Source: Camelus dromedarius
Lineage: Eukaryota
Reading direction: 5' to 3'
Length of the DNA: 64,000 bases
Assembly: GCF_036321535.1 (NCBI RefSeq)
Contig: NC_087436.1
Coordinates: forward strand, 57,724,001 to 57,788,000
The position numbers and the translations under genes are program-made. The notes beneath the pieces are model-generated. The model did no database searches. It saw only the letters and a program-made list of their open reading frames with translations, and was not told the DNA's origin. Numbering within the stretch: the first letter of the stretch is position 1; every line of letters begins with the position of its first letter. Shown piece after piece: positions 27,405 to 40,569 of this stretch.

Positions 27405-28250
27405 TAAATTAATTTAGTTCATCAGAGCTTTATGAGCATCTACTGTGTGCCAAGAACCATGCAAGCAACTAGGGATAGAAAGATAGATAACATCCAGTTC
27501 TGCCTCCAAGGTAGTCAGAGCCTAAAAGATAAATCACATAGGACAAATAATTGAACATAATAAAATATGACACATACAGTAATAGAGTTACATATAAAGA
27601 AATATGAGGATAAAGAGTATGGATCTGGGAGGACTAAGAGAAATTGTAATATATGACTTGTGCCTTAATAATTAGGCAGAAAATTTTAAAGTAGAAATGA
27701 GAGAGAAGAGCATCCTAGTTCAGGGAATAACATGAGCAAATGTAATATATGAAGTGTTTAAGAAATGGTGAACAGTTCCCTGTAGCGGGAACATCAGAGG
27801 TGTGGGAGTGTGCAGCATTAAGGAGTAAGGGGAGGAATGGCAAGTGAAAGCTAGGGACAAGGACAGAAATGATCAATTTATGAGAAGTCTTGCAAGCTCT
27901 TAAAAGAAGACTAGTCTTCATGTATGTCTCTGAAAGCTAGAGAGATTAAGTAGATAATACAATAAGATCTGTGTTTGACAAATATACGTATCTGCTGTTA
28001 CGTGAAGGTGAACAGGAGGGCCAAGTATTAGAAGAAAAACATCAACTAGAAGGCAGCAACCCCAGGATAAATTATTTGGCCTTAACCTAAGGAATTTCAG
28101 TGAGAATTAGCAGAATGGGGAAGCACTTGAGATCCATTTCAGAAACAGAATCAATAGGCTTTTATGCCAGATTGCAAAGCAGCATGAAGAGAATGTGTAT
28201 TGGAGATGACTACCTGGGATGCTAATTTGGAACAAATAGATGGATTACAT
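27405..28250 (-). mobile_element. L2 LINE 3' region
   Basis: atgagcatctactgtgtgccaagaacc...agttctgcctccaaggtagtcagagcc...gaatcaataggct. Confidence 0.75.
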
Positions 28251-28414
28251 TTTCAAAACCCTATTCTCCTAAAGTGGAAAACACCTTGATTCTGCTATAG
28301 ATGCTTGTACAGTGTTTGTAAAGTATTTATTCTAAGAGAAAGAGAATGGCCTTGTGTATATATCAGTGTGGGGACAGAAACCTAATTTTAAAATGTTTAC
28401 TAAAAACTGCTCTG

Positions 28415-28868
28415 GTAGTAGGTTGAATCATAGCAACTTAAAGACATCCAATTCTAGTCTTAGAATTTGTAAAAGTTACTTTATTTGGAAAAAGGGTCTT
28501 GGTAGATGTAATTAAATTAAGGAGCTTGAGATGCAAGTTTTATCTTGGATTACATGAGTGGGCTCTGAATCCAATGACAACTGTCAATGACAACAGTTGT
28601 CATTTGACAGACAGAAGGGGAGGCAATAAGGTCACGGGAGGCAGAGACTAGAATGATGTTGCCAAAAGTCAAAAAATGCCGACAGTCACCAGAAATTGAA
28701 AGCAAAAAAAAAACAGAATTTTCCCCTAGAACCTCCAGAGGGAGCACAGCCTTGCTGACACCTTGAGTTGGAAGTGCTGGCCTCCAGAACTGTGAGAGAA
28801 TAATTTTTGTTGTTTTAAGATAATCAGTTGGTGGTAATTTGTTAAGGCAGCCACAGGAAACTATTATC
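28415..28868 (+). mobile_element. MLT1C-like solo LTR
   Basis: ttatttggaaaaagggtcttggtagatgtaattaa...gcctccagaactgtgagagaataa; 5-bp TSD CTCTG at 28410-28414 and 28869-28873. Confidence 0.9.
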
Positions 28869-28999
28869 CTCTGGTTTAATCATGTTTGGGACCTGCTGCA
28901 AAACCAAAATAGTGCACATATAAATTATTCAATAAATACGTGTTGAATAAATGTAACTCAAATCTCCTCTCTGTTTTTGGTAGATGGAACCAACCCTGT

Positions 29000-30260
29000 C
29001 TTCTAAGTTATTAAAAACTCTGCCAACTCACTAGCACTGGGAAAGAGCAGAAATCCTCAAATTTCTCCAACTTATCTTCTTAATTTTGCATGTTTAATTT
29101 ATCATAAGAATAATCCAGTTCATGGATTGTAATGATTTTCTTCTTATTCTAACTGATTATCTCATTTACAGAACAGCTGACTAGTTTTTCATTAGCATTA
29201 AAGTACCAACTTTGAAAAGGCTTATTTTTACACTTAACTTTATTTTATCTGGATATATTAAGACATTTTTATTTCTAAAATTTTATTTCTAATATTTTCA
29301 AGTATCTCTAGTCTTACCAAAAATTCTCCATAGTTAAGAATGTATTTATCTCCCCTTCTTCAAAATTCTCCCTCTGCTGTTCTGCCCAAAGGTTCTAGGA
29401 TTACCAGTTTTATAGTTAGATTTCATATTTCTACTAAGTAATAGTAAACAACTTTACCATGTTCTCTAGCTAAGAAGTCACCAACATTTTCCCATTTTGG
29501 ATCAATTATAGATACTAATTGTGCTGAAATGGTGGTTTTTGCCTTACTGAGACATTAGTTAACTTAGTTCTCTAAGTGTTTTGAAGAATTCCATAACTTG
29601 AAGGTCTTTAAGCACTGATATTTCATAGAATTCCCTTTTGTGATGAAAAGATGGAATCTTTAAATAAAATAGTAAAGTATTCTTGTTTTTTTCTCCAAAA
29701 TAAATTCAGGTCTTTATGTAGTTTCTGTAATCACTAGTGTCCCCTGCTAAATTATCTGCTCTAATTCAATCAACCTCATGTTATTTTTTCTCCAAAAGAT
29801 AATAAAACATTTAGTGGTGATTCAACCTAAGACCCACACCTATGACATTTAACTGAAGATCTCACTCAATTTATTAGTTCATCGACATTAATCAACACTC
29901 TTCTTTGTATGTCCTTTCAACCAGCTTACATTTCATTTAACAGTGTTTTTCAAGCCAACTCAAATTAATTTTGCAATCGAAATTTCACATGGCGTTGTCT
30001 CCAGTATTTTGCTAGAAGTCAAGATGCATTACAGCTACTGTTCATTTACTAAAGCTATCAAAAAAGCAACCAGCTTTGTCTGGCACAATTTGTTCTGTGT
30101 TAACTTATTTATTCTGTTTATTTCTCATGGCTATGCTTTCCTTTCAATCATGTGTAGCATTTTCAGAATAATTTTCCATTTCTGTATTTTCTTATTTCAA
30201 TCAATAAGATTAATTACATTCAAGAAATAAGTGAATCATTTTTGCTTTAAAACACTTACA
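29000..30260 (-). mobile_element. CR1/L3 LINE fossil, reverse-transcriptase region
   Basis: Minus-strand peptides TQNKLCQTKLVAF (about 30100-30062) and AVMHLDF (about 30035-30015), then SWLKGH and RVLIN, are collinear with CR1 RT motifs (GFTKGKSCLTNL, VYLDFSKAFD, NWL....QRVVIN). The lower boundary is uncertain. Confidence 0.75.
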
Positions 30261-30437
30261 GAGTGCTATAGACTGGAAAAACTTAAGGTGAAGAAAGAGA
30301 TAACTAAACTTTTAAGATGGCATGAATTGGAGGACTTAATTTATAGTGACTGGGTCTGAAACTTAATTTAACACTAGCTAGCTGTGATACAACGTTTCCA
30401 AGTATCCATTTTAGAAATGTCCACAATGGTTTTAACC

Positions 30438-30465
30438 AAAAAACAAACAAACAAACAAACAAAAA
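30438..30465 (+). repeat. (AAAC)n microsatellite
   Basis: aaaaaacaaacaaacaaacaaacaaaaa. Confidence 0.9.
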
Positions 30466-31399
30466 GTTTTAATGCTGCCCATAACTCAAGTTAGGAAAAG
30501 GATATATAATAAATTCTTATAGAGTTTCTATTGACTAAATTGTTATTGACAACGAATTCGAAAGGATATATTTATTTCATCTGCATAATTCACATTTCAT
30601 ACTTATCACCAGAACAGGGCAGATTAGTCCAAGGAAAGTATAAAAACACTTTGATTCTCTTTATATTATATAATCCCTTTGTTTATGCAAAACTCTAGGA
30701 TGGAATAATTATTCTAAATATATGTCTTTAGCAGCCTCATATATTCTTTTTCAAGTTAGCACAAGAAAGCTAGAAATGTATTTTGATTCTCCCTATAAAA
30801 TGTAAGCCCTTTTGATTATGAGCAATTTTAGGCTACAAGAGCTACATGGACCAGAAAAGCAGTCAGCCATCCTAGGTTGTATGAGAACCACCGTCATTAA
30901 CAACCAGAGCCCTTGTCCTGCCCTTCTATGTCGCCTCCTCAGTTTCTCTTTGTACAAATATTCAGAAACTACTACTCAAAGCAGGAAACATGGCAAGTTT
31001 AAGAAAGTAGAAAAGATTAAGTGACAAAGATTTTGATTTTGGAAGGCTTAGTTATTTAGTGATGTGGCATAAACCATGTGGTGCCTGGAATAAATGCTCT
31101 ACCATGATTAGATCAACTAAGTTAAGTAACTCTCAGTTCAAAAAACCCAAACAAGTGGAATGCCCACTTATATGGTATGGTAAATTTAATTAAATGTTGA
31201 GCATACCAATTTGATCTATAATCCTAGATCAGAGAAAGAAAAGTTGACCATAACCTAAATGGACTGTAGGGGAAGTTAAGGGTGCTTCATTTTCTTTATC
31301 TATTGACAGAAGTAAAGATTGGGCCTAGAAAGTTCATACAAGTGCAAACAAACAAATGAAAAATCATTGCACCCTACAGAAATAGAAATATTACTCTTA

Positions 31400-32300
31400 A
31401 GTCTCAGAGGCAGTGCATACCTCACATAAATAATCAACTGCATTAGATAAAAGTGTTGTACTATAATCTGATTAAAGTCCTCTACACATCAGTAGAGAAC
31501 CAGAAGAGAGGACAGGCCAAAAAGAAGATAAAGATACAAAAGATGAGATGATATGGAAACAGAAGACAGAAAAGAAAATTTGAACTACAGAATAAAAATT
31601 AAAATTGGGAATAGTAAAGCACATAAATGGCATGTCAGGATTATTAAATAAATTACATGATGAATGTATTTAAAAAACTCTCTGGGAAGGCACAGCAAAT
31701 GGCCAAAAGAAAAAATAATTTCAAATATGACCTGCAGACATAAAAATGCAATCTAAGACTTTGAGATTTTCCAGATGAAACTAGGTCAACAAAAATAAGT
31801 TCAATAGTTAAAAAAATAATGGAAGAAAATTTTTCTAAGCCAAGAAAGATTGTTTATAAACACAAAGGTTTCCACCAAGTCACAGGAAAAACTGAAATTA
31901 AAAAAAATCCCATTTTTATATCTAATCTGGTGATTTTTTTTAATTCTCAAGGCATAAAAACTTTTCTTCTTGCATCTAAGCACAGAAACAGATTATCTGC
32001 AAAGAAACAAAAAATTAAACTAGTTTCAGATGTAAATAAAGATACCTTTAGTTTTCTTCTCCTCTGAAGCAAATGCCAGATAAAAAAGCATGTTATGTTG
32101 TCAGATTTAAAAAAAAAAAACCACCAAGAATACCAAATTGTCATTCATTTCGGAAAATATTCTCAAATCCCCATGAATTAAAAAATAAATATGCCTTTTT
32201 TAATACTCTTCCTTTGGCAAGAGAATTTAGCTGAGATGACTATGGGATGAATCAAAATCCAGAACCAAAGAATGGAAAATACAAAAGTATAAAGAGATTA
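31400..32300 (+). mobile_element. Degenerate HAL1 / L1 ORF1-like fragment
   Basis: A-rich sequence with aaataatggaagaaaatttttctaagc and aaattaaactagtttcaga, resembling ORF1 (EIIEENFP, IRLASD) motifs. Confidence 0.5.
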
Positions 32301-32416
32301 GAAGATAAATTGGGAAGCAAGTACATATATGAAGCTAGGCCTTAGAAAAATGTATTAATATCTTTGCAAAATTGAATGCAAGGGAAAAATTCTTGAGAAG
32401 TAATATGTTTAGATTC

Positions 32417-32466
32417 TATATATATATATATGTATATGTGTATATATATATATATGTGGGGGGGGG
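32417..32466 (+). repeat. Interrupted (TA)n followed by a G-run
   Basis: tatatatatatatatgtatatgtgtatatatatatatatgtggggggggg. Confidence 0.95.
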
Positions 32467-32809
32467 AGTTAGTATCTATCAACTAATGTTTTCTTCCAAA
32501 AGTGGATTTGAAGCTGAAGAACTGAGGAAGTAAAGAGACCTTAATTATCATGCATGAAGAGAAACAAAAATAATCATTTCAGTATGAGATTTTGTAATTA
32601 AGGTATATTAAGTTACATTAAATAGACTTAAATACATTCTCCAGATAAATTAAAAACAGGATTTGTACCTTCTAAATCATAAAAGAAGATAAATATATAC
32701 ATTGTGAAAGATAGAACATAAATGGGCAAACACACATAATAGTAACAGCAGAACAAGTATCAGGAAGAAAAACACATAATATCCAACAGAGGTATTTTCA
32801 TTTACATGG

Positions 32810-34250
32810 ATTACATTTCCAGCCTCTGCTTAGGATGGAAAAAGCTAGAAACAAGAGAAAAAGCCAGGTGATCCACAAAATCATAACTGCTCTCAACCCA
32901 ATCCAAGGGCTGAGATCTCAGGTCAACCTCCTAGCTTGAAATATAAGGGAAGACCGGCTCCTGCAAAGACAGAGAGGGGCATGAGTGCTGGCTTAGCTGG
33001 AACAGAGCACGGAAGTAAAACAAGGTCATCATAAAAGGAAGCGGGAAGATTTCTGCTAATTTTTAAAGTAAATCACATAAACCAAGTGTGGGCTTGCACG
33101 AGAGTGTAGAGCGTACAGGGAAGAACAGCACAAGCCTGTACTTAGGAGCACGGAGAACGTTGGTCAGTGCTGCAGCTCCAGGGAGGGGAGCAGCCTCTGT
33201 GGTGGGAAAGGGGCAAAGCTTCACCAGGATCTTTCTCCTCTCAGCCCTCATGGAACAAAAGCCTTAAGTCACTGTGAGAGGGACAGCAAACCCTGTTGTC
33301 CGAGGCACAAGGGAAAACCCATTGACACCGAGAAAAGGGTAAAAGAAAAACAACAGCTACTACAGAAAGAGTAAAATCTCTTATTAGCATAAAGCTTGCC
33401 AAATACTTAAGGGAAAGTTTGGGCTGCCATGAGGAAGAGGGCAGGATCACAGAGAAAGCCACATACTCAGTCCAGGGACACAGGGCTGGCCTAAGCCTAA
33501 GAATGGCTCCCCAACCCTCCACAACCAGAGTAACAAGCGCTGAGTAACAAGCAGCAGCTCTCCATTATTGAGAGAGAGGCTACAGTATAAAAATACATTC
33601 TTGGAGGCACAGGCTCACAGGAGAATCTAATGTTGAGGAAGAGTGAGAAATTCTCCCTGGTGACCAACCCCCAAACTGAGAACAATGTATCAGTGAGAGG
33701 CTTTGAAGCCTGTAGTACGTTGAGTGCAACAAATAATAACAAAGCCTAAATCAAGAGAGACTGACTTGACTGGATTGATGCAACAGCCCACAATAAAAGC
33801 CTAGCAGAAGAAGAGGCATGCCCACCTCCAGGCATGAGTACTGTTCACCTTATTCTCTAGTCTTCTTGCATAATGTTCATCTTCCATTCAGATATAACAA
33901 GACATATTAAAAAGCAAGGAAAAAAAAACACTCTTGAGGGATAAACCAATTACCAAGCCAGACGCAGATACGACTCAGATGTTGAAAGTAAAAGGATATT
34001 TAAAATTACCATGATTAATATGGTAAAGTCTCTCACAGAAAAAGTGGACAATGTGCATGAACAGATGGAAAATTTCAGCAGAGATGGACTCTCTTATGAA
34101 TAATCAAATAGAAAATTCCAGAAATAATAATAATATTAATAATCATCATCATAGGAATAGAGGTGAAAAATGCCTTTGATGGGCTTATTAGTAGATTTGA
34201 CACAGCCATATAAAGACTTAGTGAACTTAAAGAGAGGGGAAAATTACTTA
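32810..34250 (+). mobile_element. Old L1M 5'UTR and start of ORF1
   Basis: A GC-richer 5'UTR-like block is followed by cagatacgactcagatgttgaaa...atgattaatatggtaaag...gaaaaagtggacaatgtgcatgaacagatgg. Confidence 0.75.
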
Positions 34251-34284
34251 ATTCTTATAAAACCAAGCAGCATATAAAAGAAGG

Positions 34285-34550
34285 AATAGAGTATAGTTTT
34301 TAAAAACCTCAGTTTGGAGGCAGATAGCTTAGGTTCAAATTCCAGCTCTGCTATTTATCAGGTCTGTGACTTTGAACAACTTACATAAATTCCCTATGCT
34401 TCAGCTTTATACCTCAGTAAATGGAACAAGTATCATATACACTTCATAAGGTTCTTGTAAGAACTGAATAAAACATTGTATGTAAAATATTTAATAACTG
34501 TTTATGTCCCACAGGGAAGTGTCAATAAGTGTTAGCTATTATTATTACTG
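34285..34550 (+). mobile_element. MIR SINE
   Basis: ggaggcagatagcttaggttcaaattccagctctgctatttat...tgtgactttgaacaac...gttagctattattatt. Confidence 0.85.
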
Positions 34551-37500
34551 AAAAATTAAAAAAAAGAAGCTAGTGTAACAATAGCTACATCAGACAAAAG
34601 AAATTGAAGGAAAATTATTAAATATGACAAAATGTTACAAAACTACAGCTCATGAAATCTTATATGCTAAAAAAGACAGCACACATATACAAAGTAAAAA
34701 TACTAGAAAGATAAAGAGAAAAAAATACATATAAAAAGAGATATACACAAATAGATATAGACAGAAATGCATATGGGATATAAAAATTTAAGCATCATTA
34801 ATTATCTATAACTGACAACATATAAAAATAACTAAATGAACACTTCTAATAATATTATCATTCTCATAAGTCAATCACTAATTATGTAAATTGTACATTC
34901 CACAGTTAATATAGCACATTTTTAAGCATCTGTGAAACATTAACTTTATATTAGTGGACCAAAATACTAAATATTCTGAAATTTTGAGCAAGTTACAAAA
35001 TAGATTAAATGGGATAGTTCACATTATGTGACAAAAATGCAATAATAATAGACATTAATAACATATATTTTTAAAAATTACTAATAGATTTAAATAAATA
35101 TCTCTACCAAAAATGATACAAAAGGATATTTCACATATTTAGAAAATATAAATATTGGTCTATGTATCAAAACTTTATAGAGTGGAGCCAAACTGATCTG
35201 AGATGAATATTCAAGTAAGTATCATGATTAAGTACAGTAAATAAAAATAAATGAAAGCATTCCACTGAAGAGTCATAAAATAAATTCTTTGCAAGGTAGA
35301 AAATGGAATATATAAAAGAAAAAGTCAGAAACTAATAATTAGAAACAAGAACACAGTAAAACTAATAGAAAGAAATCTAGGAACTGGTTCTTTTAAATCA
35401 TTAGTAAAATGGACATGTTTCTGATAAGACCAGTTAAGAATGAGGAGGGAACACAAAAGTAAACAACTTTAGGAATAAAGTACCATTACAGTCACAAAGA
35501 AGTTTTTTTCATTAAGAAAAGTCTAGGCACAAAAATATGCTAAAGTATTTTAAAACCTTTATGAAAAGAATTCTATTTTTAAAGAAAGTTTACACAGCCA
35601 AAATTGTGTTATGAAGACTTGAGGACTTAACTTTGGACAGATAATCCCTAAACCATTTTTTAAAATTGCAGAGAATAGGAAAGAAAATAACTTTTTCTGT
35701 TGTGGCTTGATTGTATTATTGCCTTCAACTTTTCACATCTCTCAGTATCTATGCCCTATGACAGTGTCTTTTTTTATGCTAACTCTGGACCTGGCTATAT
35801 CATTTGCTTAGCCAATGGAACAGTATCAAACTTAATGCAAGCAGAAACTTTCCAAGACACACGCATGGTTCAACTTTCTGTCTTGGACCTCTGATGCCAC
35901 CATGAAAACATGCCTCAACTAGATTGCTGGAGGGAGAGATGAGTTATCCCCATTGAGGATTCCTTATACCTTTCTCTCTCAGGTGACCTACCAGCAGACC
36001 GCAAATGCTGACTAAGCCTCGCTGAGATAAACCAAACACATCCAGAACAGCAGAATCAACTGACTGATTCACACACTCATGAGAAATAGAAATGGTGTTT
36101 TTTAAACACTAACTTAAGGATGCTCTTATTATAGTGATACCTAACTAATATCTTTCTAACTGTTAAATACAGTCAATATTAAATATCAAATACAGTCAAA
36201 ATATCAGACATCAGAATCTGACAAAAATAGCACACAAAGAAAATTAATCTCCATTATATAAAATTACCATATGAATAGTAGTAGCATATTGAATTCAGTA
36301 TTATTTTATAAAATAATATAGCAACTAAATATTATTTATCCAGAGATGATTCATTACTAGATCAAAGGGGGGAAAAACTTCTGAGTAGATGTTGAAGTAG
36401 AATTTGATGCAATAGAATCCAATCTTTAATTTTCAATATAAAGTTGTATAATTTCTTAACTTACTAAAAAAAAAGTACCAGTTTCAAATAAACTATCATA
36501 TTATGCTGAAGCAATTCTTACTAAAATCAGAAACAAGACAGGTGAGTATATTTTGTTACTATTACTTAATATTGTGGAAGTAATAGTTAATAAACTTAAA
36601 AAGAGACAAAATATTTAAAGCAGGAACTCAAGTCATGATTTCTTAATGAGGATATAATTGCCTGCCTGGAATACCCAAGCGGTTGGTGAGCTCTTCTAAA
36701 TTAGAGAAAGAAATATTTTGAAGATGCCATGTTTGTCCAAAATTAATATAAAAATCTGATGCAAGCTCAATGAAATTATCTTAAGGGGTTTTTGTTGTTG
36801 TTGTTAATACAATTTAATAATTCAAATCCTCTAAAATTAAAAAAAATGCATAGTAGTAAAAGAGTGTTTTGAAAAATAAAAATATTACAGTGGATTTATC
36901 CCACCAATGTTGTAATTAAAATATATCATTAAACTTCTATAGTAAAAACTTTATGTCAAAATAGATCAATAAAATAAAAAGCATAAACATAAGCTGAAAA
37001 TTTTAATGTATGAAAAGATGAGGAATTTAAAGATAACTTGAAAATAGAGAATAAATGTTTTCAACATATATGGCATACAGAATATTTTATTTTTTAATGT
37101 ATAAAGAACATTTTCAAATTAATAAGAAAATATGTACAAGTAATCAAAGAAAGAATTGGGTAAAATACTCAGCAGCATTAATAATCAAAGAAACGCATTT
37201 TAAAGCAGTATTAGTATGCATTTTCAATCTATTGAATTGGTAAAAATTGAAAAGAGTAATATACTGAGTTTGATGTGAGGTGAGAAAAGAAATAATTTAA
37301 TGTATTTTTACTAGTGGGAGAATAAATTGTTATAGCCTTTAGGGAGGGAAAATCATCACCTAAGGTTAAAGACTCTAAGCTTGAATATTATTTGATCCTG
37401 AAATTCCAGATTTAAGACTATACTTTATAAAAGCAATTTGATAATAAACCAGAAAAGGAAATGAACACAGATATTCACAAGTAAATAATAAAGCTGATAA

Positions 37501-37850
37501 GAATATTTTCATTAATGAAAAGTTGAGTCTTCTTAATACCTTAGAATCAGAGAGAATCAAACAAAACATGGTATATTCTTATAAGGAAATGCCATCCTCT
37601 TCTAAAACATAAAGATACACTAAAAAACACACACATATTTATTGACATGAAAAACGTTCATAATCTGCTAAGTGAAAAGAATCAATTACAAAATGATGTG
37701 AACAGATTGATCAAAAATATGACCCCACTGCTCTAAAGTTAGATCAGGAAGAATATAAATGTTTTAGTACTGGAATTTCAGTAATTATTTTCTTTCTTAC
37801 ACTACTTTTTCCCCACTTATATATATTATTTTGTAATAAAATGCAACTAT
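34550..37850 (+). mobile_element. Highly degenerate L1M (ME-like) ORF2 and 3' end, interrupted by MLT1
   Basis: Collinear L1 ORF2 remnants: catcagacaaaag, atgtatcaaaactttatag, ggaactggttcttt, aaaatcagaaacaagacagg, ctagtgggagaataaattgttatagcc. Confidence 0.7.
35698..36152 (+). mobile_element. MLT1 solo LTR
   Basis: gctaactctggacctggctatatcatttgcttagccaatggaa...tgccaccatgaaaacatgcc...ctaactaata. Confidence 0.75.
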
Positions 37851-38719
37851 AGACTATTTTATATATAAATAAAATAAATACACAACATATAAAAAAAAAA
37901 TAAGAGACAACTAAGTTTTAGCAACTCTTAGATTCATTTCCTGAAATGCCTTTACAATTAGGAGATTAAAAATGAAAATAAATGGACTAAGCATTCAATT
38001 CAATAATTCAGAAGTACCATAAGAGCAATTTTCCTAAAGGGAATAAACAGTAATAAAAGCAGAAAGCAACAAATTAGAAGTTCTTAAAGTAGAATTAAAA
38101 ATTAAAATAAAAATTTATCCTTTGAGAAAAAAATGCACATTATATAACTAAGCCAAAACTATAATGACAAGGAAGAAAACAGATATTAATGAAATTGGAG
38201 AAGTGGGCTAGTGCTCTTGTTTTTAAATCCATTCTGAGTCATATTAAAATTTTTTAAGTTGCTAAGAATGGCAGAGGGAAGACACTGAAATTATAAAATT
38301 TATTTTGGCAGAAAGTAACAGCCCCTGGTCCACAGGAGATACTAAATGTATTGAATTAATGAAAGATGTTAAGCAGATGATTTTACATTTAGTACAGAGT
38401 ATTTTAAATGTCTATAATTTTATAAATTATTACATTTACAGTTTATAAACCTCTTTCTGGGTCTGGTTTGACAAACAGAGGGGAGTCCACCTAGAGTCAG
38501 GAAGACAATTAAGTCGTCGTGATATTCCCGGCAATGGTTAATGAAGACAGCAGTAGATTGAGAGGAGGAAACAAACTGGAGCTACAGGGAAGAGAGAATC
38601 AGTAGGAAGAGGTGACTTCCTGATTGTGGGTAATGACAAGATTGACAAATCGGAGGTTTATGCCTTGAATCTGTGTGCAGATACCTGCATTCACCGAGTC
38701 CATTCACAACCAAGACGTG

Positions 38720-39650
38720 GCGCAGTTACCATTAGTGCTGTTTACTAAACACTCTGTTCCTGTCCTCTTCAAGATACAGAGCAGGATCGTACCTTCTTAT
38801 ATCCTTATAGTGCAGCCATTAGAGCAATGCTGCCTGGAAGATCGTGAGCTGAAGTAAAGGTGTCACTTTGAGGATAAGGATTTCTTTGCTGATGTGAGGG
38901 CCTGCAGCTCTCTCTTTCTTAAACTGTTGTGATTACAAGCAAATCCTAGACAATCATTGATCTAACAGCCTGTGAACTAAAGACAGTCATGTTTTTTAAC
39001 TCTCCTGATTAAGAGGTGGTTTTTTCCTCCATGAATCATGGAATTGACTGCTTAAACTAAGAGGATGCAGCAGAAGTGATGCGAGGCCAATTTCAGGTCC
39101 AGTCTTAAAGGGGAATGGCATCTTCCACTTCCTCCCTCTTGGAACACTTGCTCTCGGGACATGACCTCCAGAGCCCTGCTGCCCTGCTGTGAGAAGCCCA
39201 AGCCACATAAACAGACTACATGTAGGTTGTTCAGCCAACAGTCCCAACAGTCCCAACAGTCTCAGCCAATATTCAGCATCGATCTCCCTGGGAGTGATTT
39301 GTGTTGGACAATTCAGCCCTATCAATGTCTCAGGTGACTGCAGACCCAGGAGACATCATGGGGAGCAGAAGGCCCACCCACTAAGCCTACTCAACCCGCA
39401 GATCCATGAGAGGTTATGTGACTGTTGTATGAAGCCACTAAAATTTGGAGTGATATGTTACACACCAATAAATAACTCAAACAGTCTAAGTCCAGGAATA
39501 AGAATGTTGATGACAGATGGCAGGGACCACTCTCCTCGGATCATCCTCACAAAGTATGTGCTAAAAATAAACCCTTGTTTTGTCAAAATATTAAGGTTTT
39601 TGGGTGTTGGCTACAATAGAATAACCTAGCTTATCCTGATTGACAAATAC
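38720..39650 (+). mobile_element. Nested MLT1 LTRs (about 38995-39483 inside an older MLT1), within an antisense L2
   Basis: Two MLT1 3' ends: gaagccactaaaatttggagtgatatgttac...aaaca (about 39483) and aaataaacccttg...ctagcttatcctgattgaca (about 39645). L2-like sequence lies on both flanks. Confidence 0.65.
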
Positions 39651-40129
39651 AGGCTATACAGAAGAAATCAGTTTGTATGGAAATTCACAAATAAGATCAG
39701 TTCCATACACCCAAGGGGCAACCAGGTCAAGATGTCCAAAAGGTATCTGGATCTTAAGCACAGGAAGCCTAGTGTCATTCTAAGGCCTTTATTAAAGATG
39801 TATGTATGGATGAAGTACACCAGAGGAGTGTATAAAAGGGAATCTACACAAATTTCAATGTAGTTTATGGTTTTTTGGAAGTCTTGACTTTTGAACTATA
39901 AATCATTGTTATAATGGTATAAGACAACTGATACAGAGATTGGTGAAGTATAATATTCATCCTCAGCCACACTCAGGCTTCTCTATTCTAATCCATCTAA
40001 TATAACCCTTTCCCTTAAAAAAAGAAAAAACAGGAGATTCCCCTTCCTGTTGTTTCAACTAAATTCAGTCCTTCCGGCAGCCTTAAGATTCTGTCATTCC
40101 CAACTTCGTATCAGCTAAAGATCTGATCA

Positions 40130-40560
40130 GCATGACACAATCTGCATGTTTCAATAATTGGTCAGTTTAATGTCTAAATAGCGTAGGATTCTTCATTTGA
40201 TTACTGAGAATTAGATTATGAGCAGATTATTAACACTAATCAGAGATCCCCAGGACAATATGAGTTCAACAAGAACAAGTTATACCAAATAACCTCATTT
40301 AAAATCAAATGGTGTCACTGGACAGGGAGATCTTGAGTGTGAAGATAACCCCGTCTATTTAATGTCCATCTTCTGTTCATTATAATTGTGGAAAGATCAT
40401 CAACCTTGCAGAGTTGCTTTAAGGAGTAACTGAGTTGATAATTGTAAAGCACTTTATGGGGTGTTTGGCATATATAAAGGTTTACCTGATAACCAGTAAT
40501 AATTCAGCAATGTCGATTTCAAGTCTTCACAATAATACAAGATGTAATCAAAGCAGATGG
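40130..40560 (+). mobile_element. CR1/L3 RT fragment interrupted by a MIR piece (about 40365-40500)
   Basis: ggtcagtttaatgtct (VSLMS) and caatatgagttcaacaagaacaagttataccaaataacctcatt (QYEFNKNKLYQ..LI) correspond to CR1 PVSLTS and QHGFTK.KSC.TNLI. Confidence 0.65.
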
Positions 40561-40569
40561 GTGCATTCT

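Noticed and set aside
31778..31788. Perfect ROR response element AAACTAGGTCA (attractive for a Purkinje-cell gene)
   Set aside because: It sits in a degenerate L1/HAL1-like fragment, and my rough estimate gives one or two such matches by chance in 64 kb of AT-rich DNA.
39189..39629. Longest ORF in the window (146 aa)
   Set aside because: It lies entirely within MLT1 LTR sequence, has a non-ATG start and shows no domain similarity.
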